6,423 bases of DNA from Paramicrosporidium saccamoebae KSL3 (Eukaryota; Fungi; Cryptomycota): NCBI GenBank assembly GCA_002794465.1, contig MTSL01000134.1:120291-126713 (forward strand). The letters are read 5' to 3'. The notes beneath the pieces were generated by a model. The model was given only the letters and a program-made list of their open reading frames with translations. It was not told the DNA's origin and did no database searches. A program made the translations under genes and the position numbers. Below are positions 1 to 6,423 of the stretch, piece after piece (position 1 is the first letter of the stretch; each line of letters opens with the position of its first letter).

Positions 1-52
1 ATATGGATGCACATGTCGCGTAGTGGGGATGAATAGTATGTATACATGTCTT

Positions 53-172
53 ACTGTCCCCAAATACCCAGCAAAGCGATCCACTCTAGCACACAAATAC
101 GTCCCACTGTCCTCAAATACCCAGCAACTAATCGACCCTCTACGTCATATATCCAACTAATCAATCCTCTAC
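53..172. repeat. Degenerate short direct-repeat cluster downstream of the SENP stop codon
   Basis: ACTGTCCCCAAATACCCAGCAA (53-74) vs ACTGTCCTCAAATACCCAGCAA (106-127), 21/22 identical. CAACTAATCGACCCTCTAC (125-143) vs CAACTAATCAATCCTCTAC (154-172), 17/19 identical. CAAATAC also occurs at 94-100. Confidence 0.75.
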
Positions 173-234
173 TTTACAACATAATCCGTGGTGGTCATTT
201 TCCCTCTATACGACGCTATCACAATATTGTACTA

Positions 235-1669
235 TTAAAGCTCTATAAAATTACCAGTGAGAATCTCGTATGATACACGATCTCTCCAATGCAACATGTT
301 TGATTGGGAAAAGTCAAACTGTGCGTCTCTTGAGAGATGCTCTGCGAATGCTAATGCAAATACACCGCAGTCATAACCATTCTGCTGGGCAGGAATGTCT
401 TTTGGACATGATAGCGTCCAGCCAGTGAAATCGAAATCGCATTTCAGCTTGTCCATACTTTCCTTTGCAATCCAATCCCGTAGAACAGAGAGGCACTGCT
501 TGTTGCTGCCGTGCAAGGAGTCATAATAAGATATTGTCCTTGATCGAAAGTCTATAGCTGCCATGCACCAATGCATCCCAAGATGAATTGGAAACAGGAT
601 GAGATCCTTCTTTAAAACGGAAGGACTGACTCGTCGTGTGGATGTTCGAACGAGGTCATATCCGCGATCTCGCAGCTTTGGGTAAAAGAATGTGCTGAAT
701 ACATGAACAGAGGGCAAACCGGTTCGTTTGGACAACGATCTTTCCATAATTAGTTGCATGTAAAAGTTGATGACTTCGTCGTTGAGCCAGCGCGGCGATC
801 TCAATGTCAGTAAATCCCGGGTGCAAAAATCGATGCCAAATTTGGTAATGATCACGTCATCATCGTTCCTAGATAAAGCGTCCATAATCTCATTCTTCAT
901 CGAGGATGAAAAGTCGGCCTTCACCCGGGACCTTTGTCGCTCAGCCATTTCGCGACGAATTCTCATTTCCTCGTCTAGGAGAGACTCGCGTTTGTTGCGT
1001 TCATTGTAAAGAAAAGTATGGGGGATTCTAGTGATTACAAGTTGTACCATAGCGTTACTTGACAATTTCTTGCTGGATATTTTCATGAATGACCCGCAGC
1101 CATTCTTCTGAAGAGACCACGGAAAATGTTCTGGATGCAAATGACTGAGAAGCTGACCGCCGAAATGACGCTGGAGTGACCTGGAAAGTGTCCAGCACGG
1201 TTACTTCATCACCAACTGGCCCCACAATGGGCCGAACACTGAAATTTCCCACGGAAACTGGGCTTACTGTTATAGTGTTGCAACTGTCGGCTAGCAGGAC
1301 GGACTTGGCGTAATTGTAGAAGCCTGCGAATAAGAAGAAAGTTATCACCAAACCTACCGATATAGTCATCCAAAGAGCCTGAATATCCAGAGTCTACGGC
1401 CTTGTGATACCGAACCTTCCAAGGACTTTCAGACAAAGACATTTAGGTAGGGGCCAGCAGCGAGTCTCACCCATGCTGAGTGTTGAACAGTATCCACTTG
1501 TTATTGAGATTTTCGACCCAGATATTTATGCGCTCCTACAATCCAGCATGTTGAGGGTGGCTGCCTATACGCCACATAATTTAATAAAACTGATTTGCTT
1601 ATCAATACTGGGACATTTCACAACAAACTTTGCCCAGAGTATCGATATATGGAGCCCCCAACGTTTCAT
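235..1669 (-). CDS. ULP1: Ulp1/SENP-family SUMO-specific cysteine protease (peptidase C48), spliced
   Basis: Catalytic domain motifs: WLNDEVINFYM, FSTFFYPKL, PIHLGMHWC (His 571-573), YYDSL (Asp 520-522), QQNGYDCGVF (Cys 367-369). Exons on the minus strand: 1669-1571, 1535-1471, 1425-1358, 1323-1059, 1027-235. Introns: 1570-1536 (35 nt), 1470-1426 (45), 1357-1324 (34), 1058-1028 (31), all GT..AG and all restoring frame, giving 429 aa. The family call is secure; the first two exons are less so (an alternative ATG at 1442 gives 380 aa). Confidence 0.9.
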
Positions 1670-1738
1670 TGGTAGGAGTGAGTATCTTTAAATAGATCGC
1701 CATTCGCTATTCGTCAGCCCGAGGACGGAGATCTCACA
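1670..1738. promoter_or_regulatory. Putative bidirectional promoter between divergent SENP and PITP-1
   Basis: Only 69 bp separate the predicted SENP ATG (1669, -) and the PITP-1 ATG (1739, +). An AT element TTTAAATA lies at 1687-1694. Depends on the SENP exon-1 model. Confidence 0.45.
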
Positions 1739-2862
1739 ATGCCGATTCTCAAGGAATTGTAGCCTTTTGAAATTCTCAGTGCTAATCATCATAGTCGTAT
1801 TCCCATGCCCTTGACAGTGGAGGAGGTACTAGAATTGTTAACCCGTTATAAGCCTCTAGTATAAAATCGGACAACTGTACACTGTTATGCAAGCTAGCAA
1901 GGAGCTCACAGATGGCCAGACAGCGGTAGAGGTTCTTGAAAATCATCCGTTTGAGGATCCGATAATGGGAAAGGGACAGTATACACACAAAGTTTACCAC
2001 ATTGCTAGGTACCTTTAGTCATTGAGTCCGTCTAATTATAGCAAACTGCCGCGAATAGTCCAAGCTCTAGCACCAGGGAGCGCTTTAAAGGTCGAAGAGA
2101 GGGCTTGGAACGCGTATCCACATTGCAAGACGATCATCAGCAATCCTTTTCTTGGGGAAAGCTTTGAGATCTGTCTCGAGTCACTGCACTTGCCCGACTC
2201 GGGCGAATCCGAGAATGTAGCCCCAATCCACATTGTTAACCCCGTAGGTTTTCAACCTCAGCCCAGATCAGTTGAAAGTGCGCAAAGTCGACTATCTTAA
2301 CATCAGCCATGACATGCTAGGAGGAGCAGATGCTGATGCGAACGAAAAGTATAATGTCCCGCAATTCAAATCAGAGAAAACGGGAAGAGGTCCCTTATTG
2401 GGAGATTGGCAGGTAACTTTTACGCCTTTTGTCCTAAAGATTGTAGAAAGCCTGCTCGCCAGTCATGTGTGCCTACAAACTTGTGACTATCAAGTTCAAG
2501 ATCTTTGGCTTGCAAACAAAAATGGAAAATTTTATTGAAAACACAGAGTGGGGGATCCTGCTAAAGTTTCACAAGCAGGTCTTTACATTAATTGATGAAT
2601 GGATTGATCTAAGTATTGAAGACATTCGCCAAATGGAGGTTGAGCTGAAGAAGGATCTTGACCAAGTACACAAACCCCCCTTTCTCTTAGTTTTACTCTT
2701 TAGAAATTGGATGAATTCAATCTCGAGACTAGAGATCAAAAACATATCAAGAACGAGCCCCATCTCCTCCTAAAGTCAACAACGGACAAGGAGCAGGTTC
2801 CTAGTGGCCCAGGGACGGAACTGAACAGCCCAGCAAGTATAAGCAAGGGAGCAAATCTCTAG
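1739..2862 (+). CDS. Phosphatidylinositol transfer protein, animal-type class I-like (PITPalpha/beta family), paralog 1, 305 aa
   Basis: Exons 1739-1758, 1795-1825, 1860-2008, 2042-2216, 2248-2412, 2447-2665, 2704-2862. Introns 36, 34, 33, 31, 34, 38 nt, all GTA..TAG. Spliced protein [24 protein letters not shown]...GQYTHKVYH...[13 protein letters not shown]...KTGRGPL...[17 protein letters not shown]...KFHKQVF...[15 protein letters not shown] matches PITP family motifs throughout. The last exon is the least certain. Confidence 0.93.
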
Positions 2863-3001
2863 TTGACAAATCAAGCGCGAGGAGTCTAATGGCCGGCCAC
2901 CCGGCTAGAGTGTGCTGTAAGTAAGACTTATTTAGACCCTAGTTGATAAAAGCAAGAGATTTAGTCCAGCATCTTTCACCACAGCACATAGTGATAGTAA
3001 T

Positions 3002-3007
3002 TATAAA
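3002..3007 (+). promoter_or_regulatory. TATA-like element upstream of PITP-2
   Basis: TATAAA ending 37 nt before the PITP-2 ATG at 3045, within a 182-bp spacer. Confidence 0.35.
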
Positions 3008-3044
3008 GATGGTGCCCACTGGCTGGGGTCTGTGAATTGACCAC

Positions 3045-3993
3045 ATGGGCCTGCTGCTTGAATTGTACAGTCTGTTCTGAATCATCATTCTTATCTCTAG
3101 CCGTATTCCCCTACCACTAACTACCGGAGAGGTAATCCTACTGAATGGTGCTAACCCTGCAGTACCAAGTGGGCCAGCTCCACGCTATTGCGGAGGCTAG
3201 TCGTGAAGAGACAAATGGTGACACGGGCGTTGAAATCCTCGCCAATGAGCCATTTGATAATGAGCGCGGGAGTGGTCAATATACTCACAAAGTGTACCAT
3301 ATGGGGAGCAAGGTTCCATCGCTGGTTGCCGCTTTATTGCCTGCCAGCAGTTTATTGCTTGTGGAGAAGGCTTGGAATGCATATCCTCGTTGTAGAACTG
3401 GTATCTATCATCTAATTATTCCTCTCACTCTGCAGAATTCCATAATCCCTTCTTGAAGGACCGGTTTAATATCGTTGTTGAATCACGCCATATCGATGAC
3501 TCTGGAGCTACAGAAAACGCATTCAATTTGAATGGGGACGAGCTGCAACGGAGAAAGATCATTTGGATCGACATTGCTGGAGATGTTGTGAACGACAATC
3601 CGCCTCACCTGGAGCCTGCCGAGTTCCTATCCGAGCAAACCAACCGAGGAAAGCTTCAAGGAGAGTGGTGGGCAGACTGTTCTCCCGTAATGTGTTGTTA
3701 CAAACTTGTTACTATCAAATTCCAGGTATTTGGGCTGCAGACTCGGACAGAGGACATTATCATGAGGGTAACAACATATTAATACTTATCCTTAGAACCA
3801 AAGGGAACTCTTGACCAAGTTTCATAAGAAGGTATTCTGTTCCATTGATAAATGGCATGGACTAACTATGGACGATATCCGCATCTTGGAGGATCAAATG
3901 AAACAGGAGCTTGAGCAAAAAATTTCTGACCTGGGAATGAAGGCAGGGAGTGACTCCAAAAGCCGGGAATCTGCCAAGTCTACGCCGTATTAA
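3045..3993 (+). CDS. Phosphatidylinositol transfer protein, animal-type class I-like, paralog 2, 272 aa
   Basis: Exons 3045-3064, 3101-3131, 3163-3400, 3436-3767, 3796-3993. Introns 36, 31, 35, 28 nt, all GTA..YAG. Spliced protein MGLLLEFRIPLPLTTGEYQVGQLH...GQYTHKVYH...EKAWNAYPRCRT...[17 protein letters not shown]...KFHKKVFCSIDKWHGLTMDDIRILE. About half identical to paralog 1 by hand alignment. Confidence 0.94.
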
Positions 3994-4085
3994 TCCATTT
4001 TGTCAGTGTGGGATTCGAGTAAGGACCCTCGATTAGGGGTTTTTTGATCTATTATATACCAACTCCCACAGTCTGATTGTGATTG

Positions 4086-4105
4086 TAATAAACCTTGCTT
4101 TATTA
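4086..4105. terminator. Candidate polyadenylation signals on both strands
   Basis: AATAAA at 4087-4092 (+), 93 nt after the PITP-2 stop, and TTTATT at 4099-4104 (AATAAA on -). They form the inverted repeat TAATAAA-ccttgc-TTTATTA. Confidence 0.35.
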
Positions 4106-4547
4106 TTACTGAGAGGGTGCCGCCTATTTACTACGCTTAACGCAGTGTCACGTGGTGTTGCAATCCGAAGTAGTGAAATGGTGGGTTAGCCAGGTATTGG
4201 TTGCTATGTGACTAAATGCGGAAAAAAGAGTCAGAGGCGAGAAACGGAAGGATTGGCACTCTGTCTGTGTTTTAGCATACTGTAAGTCTGCCAGTGAGTC
4301 CATATCAGCTGACAATAAATACTTCCCTATCGTATATTTTACATTATATTGACATCACACAACAACAACCTACGTACAGGAATCTTTTGTCCCAAACGCT
4401 AGACGAGAGCTAGGTTTATTCGGCATCTTCCGTAATTTAGGGTGTGAGTCCCACCATCCGATCATGATCTAAATAGATATTATCACTCCGCTACTTCACA
4501 AGCCCCACCACGTACCATGCAGTGGCCTAACATGACTGATTTATCCG

Positions 4548-4883
4548 CTACGGGTCAGGAGGGAAAAGAGGGCCAATGTCCGAGTTCATTGACAAAATAT
4601 CCATTTCCTGAACCGTCTCAGACATTCTCGGGACATTGTCGGCGTCTGGGAACGTGGTTATCGGAAGGTCACTCGATATGATCATCTTGGCAGCCGCATC
4701 ATCATTAAAGTCGTAATCGCAAAGTCCACTTGTACTCAGTAATTTGCCACATATAAATTCACATTCAGCAGATGGATAGCCGATGATTTCAGCAATGCTT
4801 ACAATTGATCCAACAATACTTGGCAGGTATTCTGCGTATGCACCGTGCTTACTTTTAATCGGCCTCTTGTTCTTGGAGGGCAT
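4548..4883 (-). CDS. Hypothetical protein, 111 aa, possibly spliced or spurious
   Basis: Open frame ATG 4883 to TAG 4548, not a shadow of any recognised gene, with minus-strand AATAAA at 4415-4420 downstream. No family motif recognised. Confidence 0.3.
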   Translation of the reverse strand: MPSKNKRPIKSKHGAYAEYLPSIVGSIVSIAEIIGYPSAECEFICGKLLSTSGLCDYDFNDDAAAKMIISSDLPITTFPDADNVPRMSETVQEMDILSMNSDIGPLFPPDP

Positions 4884-4902
4884 CTGGCGGTTCTGAAAAG
4901 AT

Positions 4903-5542
4903 TCATGCGCAAATTTTATTCATGCGGTTTAAAGTCTCCAAAATATCCATATTTGATATAACTGCATAATTAAGCGCATGAGATGGAATACCAAAACTCT
5001 CGTCAACTTTATATTGGGCAAGATGGAAGTGGAACTCTTTGAATCTTGGGCATTCGTGACGTAATCTGGACAGCCTTTGTTGTCTACGACTTGTGAGAAG
5101 AGTTGCGAGATCCTACTCTAAATTAATCATAGTGGCCCAGGATATGATTGAAGAATAGATGCATGACCAAGAAATGACGCCGTTCTCTGGTTTAAATGAG
5201 TCTTTCGCATCCATCGTTCCCTCTAAACCTTAAGACCAATAAGCGCATACCGTTTCTCTCGACCTCGGCAGCAAGAAAACGTGATTTTTTGGCAGTTGCA
5301 TCAAGCATATTCAATAATACAGTGCACTGTGAAACTAGACTGCAGAGCGAAGCGTTAATGGCCTCCATTGCAAGCTCGATATCCTGGTGGCTAGTGGTCG
5401 TTGTCAAGACTTGTTCAAGATCCATTTCTAGAATATCGTGGCGTTCGACAAGAGAATCGAAATCTCTGCGCAGACTTGTCCATTCTTGGAGAGCAGTTTT
5501 GAACCGAACAGTATAGCGAAGCTGCTGTTGACTCCAGACCAT
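4903..5542 (-). CDS. Hypothetical helical/coiled-coil protein, spliced, 3' structure unresolved
   Basis: ATG 5542. Exon 5542-5251 encodes an amphipathic heptad-like stretch (WTSLRRDFDSLVERHDILEMDLEQV). A 28-nt intron 5250-5223 (GTATGC..TTTAG) leads to 35 more codons and TAG at 5115-5113 (133 aa). The same frame then stays open for 69 codons to TGA at 4905-4903. Confidence 0.5.
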
Positions 5543-5656
5543 TAGTATCGGCTGCCTCTAGCTGGCTCACTGCTGGACCCTCTGATTGGTGCTTACCGAG
5601 GACGAATTAAAGAAGCCTTATACGGGGACCTCTGCCGAGTAGAGTTGCATTGCAGC
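5543..5656. promoter_or_regulatory. Putative bidirectional promoter between the hypothetical gene (-) and the DHHC gene (+)
   Basis: 114 bp between divergent ATGs at 5542 and 5657. Inferred from gene geometry only. Confidence 0.4.
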
Positions 5657-6423
5657 ATGGCAGCACGGAGCACTGCAGCGAGCCCGGTAGATGAGGACTA
5701 TAGCGCTTTTAGGTCTTTGCCAATCTCGCCAAAGAAAGAAGCTCAACTGGCTCGCTTTCCAGGTCGCATGCGAATCTACTGTGGAGGCCGAATAGTAACT
5801 AGCGGGAAAAATGCTCTGCTTTCGATTACAATGGGTGCTATCTTACTCTGCGTAATCTTCTTTTTCTACTTCATAGCACACGATTTTATTGAGTGTTTAT
5901 CGATATGGGCGCTTTTGCCGCCTCTGGCCCTGCTAGCGCTGGCCATACCGATGGGGCTCACTGTTGCCTGGAGTGATCCAGGCATCCTGCCTAGAGGTCT
6001 TAATCCTCGCAGCAGCCTAAGGATCATTGGCGCTACCGATTACGGGGTTGAAGGTACAATATCGCGGCTCGTTTTTCACGAGCAAAATCCCGATTTCCTT
6101 TTCGGGAAAGAGATTATTGTCGATGGACAACGCGTTTTTCTCAAGTACTGCGGGACATGTGAAATCTTCCGGCCGCCTCGCTGTTCGCATTGCAGCTTCT
6201 GCGATAACTGTGTGGAAGAATTTGATCACCACTGCCCTTGGCTCAGCAATTGCATCGGCAAACGCAACTACCGGTACTTTATATTATTCTTGTCCATGAT
6301 GGCATTGCTCTGCATGGCAGTCGGAATCTTAATGATCATTTTGTTTGACCGAATGAAAGTTTCTGGTCAACTGGACTTTATGCCAGCCCTGTTACAATGC
6401 TGGCCTGAGGTTGCTTTAGGGCT
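5657..6423 (+). CDS. ERF2: DHHC palmitoyltransferase, ERF2/ZDHHC9-14-18 subfamily, 3' partial
   Basis: Uninterrupted frame from ATG 5657 to the window end (255 codons). Contains the subfamily-type N-terminal [14 protein letters not shown], two hydrophobic segments, SDPGILPR, and the cysteine-rich domain [46 protein letters not shown] (DHHC at 6224-6235), then a third hydrophobic segment. Confidence 0.95.
   Translation, partial: MAARSTAASPVDEDYSAFRSLPISPKKEAQLARFPGRMRIYCGGRIVTSGKNALLSITMGAILLCVIFFFYFIAHDFIECLSIWALLPPLALLALAIPMGLTVAWSDPGILPRGLNPRSSLRIIGATDYGVEGTISRLVFHEQNPDFLFGKEIIVDGQRVFLKYCGTCEIFRPPRCSHCSFCDNCVEEFDHHCPWLSNCIGKRNYRYFILFLSMMALLCMAVGILMIILFDRMKVSGQLDFMPALLQCWPEVALG

Noticed and set aside
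46-273. ORF 46..273 (+), 75 aa
   Set aside because: It runs through the repeat cluster, overlaps the SENP 3' end antisense and has no recognisable motif.
767-1691. Plus-strand ORFs 767..1009 and 1404..1691; minus-strand ORFs 1055..1369 and 1209..1442 as separate genes
   Set aside because: The plus ORFs are antisense shadows of the SENP. The minus ORFs are SENP exons read through into introns.
3009-3035. uORF MVPTGWGL* in frame with PITP-2
   Set aside because: It begins immediately after the TATAAA and so is probably upstream of the TSS; short enough to be chance.
2704-3064. Fusion of the two PITPs into one two-domain protein
   Set aside because: Every splice option of paralog 1 reaches a stop before 2863, and paralog 2 has its own ATG exon matching exon 1 of paralog 1.
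1786-3088. AATCATCAT shared by the 36-nt first introns of both PITPs
   Set aside because: It sits at different offsets and overlaps branch-point-like sequence; with about 50% protein identity a shared 9-mer is not distinguishable from chance.
1782-3814. ORFs 1782..2000, 2036..2233, 2569..2763, 3197..3382 (-) and 3188..3415, 3563..3814 (+)
   Set aside because: Antisense or off-frame shadows of PITP exons. The other ORF-track entries in this span are PITP exon fragments.
4009-4045. tRNA T-loop-like GGATTCGA plus hairpin and T6 (terminator-like)
   Set aside because: No cloverleaf or TTC motif on either strand, the stem is imperfect, and bacterial-type terminators are not expected in this context.
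4593-4950. Exact 12-mer CAAAATATCCAT at 4593-4604 and 4939-4950 (MDIL in both minus frames)
   Set aside because: About one 12-mer repeat is expected by chance in 6.4 kb, and the flanks do not align.
5558-5659. Upstream exon for the minus-strand gene starting at an ATG (5658) overlapping the DHHC ATG, using donor GTAAGC at 5596
   Set aside because: It needs an atypical GAG acceptor. With the good TAG acceptor the upstream frame contains a stop. At most a 5'-UTR intron.
5196-6299. ORFs 5196..5516 (+), 6017..6232 (-), 6027..6299 (+)
   Set aside because: Shadows of the minus-strand hypothetical gene and of the DHHC gene.
235-6423. TAG reassigned to an amino acid (as in aphelids or ciliates), prompted by the lone TAG at 5113-5115
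   Set aside because: About 1,200 codons in the four conserved genes contain no internal TAG or TAA, and the genes end normally in TAA or TAG.
1-6423. rRNA, snRNA, CRISPR arrays, transposases, terminal inverted repeats, prophage
   Set aside because: No diagnostic motifs, regularly spaced repeats or mobile-element ORFs were seen on either strand.

Overview
Very compact eukaryotic genomic DNA with tiny (28-45 nt) GT-AG spliceosomal introns and short intergenic spacers, which is why the ORF track shows the genes only as fragments. After manual splicing the window holds: (1) a minus-strand Ulp1/SENP SUMO protease (peptidase C48); (2) two tandem plus-strand paralogs of the animal-type (START-fold, class I-like) phosphatidylinositol transfer protein, with 7 and 5 exons; (3) one or two uncharacterised minus-strand genes at 4548-5542; (4) the 5' part of an intronless ERF2/ZDHHC9-like DHHC palmitoyltransferase running off the right edge, missing from the ORF track because it has no stop in the window. 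Standard genetic code. The source is probably a genome-reduced opisthokont such as a rozellid or early microsporidian relative (inference only). The most notable points are that the PITP paralogs keep complementary subsets of what look like ancestral animal intron positions, that the best-supported 5' splice sites almost all lack the canonical +5 G, and that one orphan reading frame is broken by a single TAG. No RNA gene, mobile element or CRISPR array could be supported.
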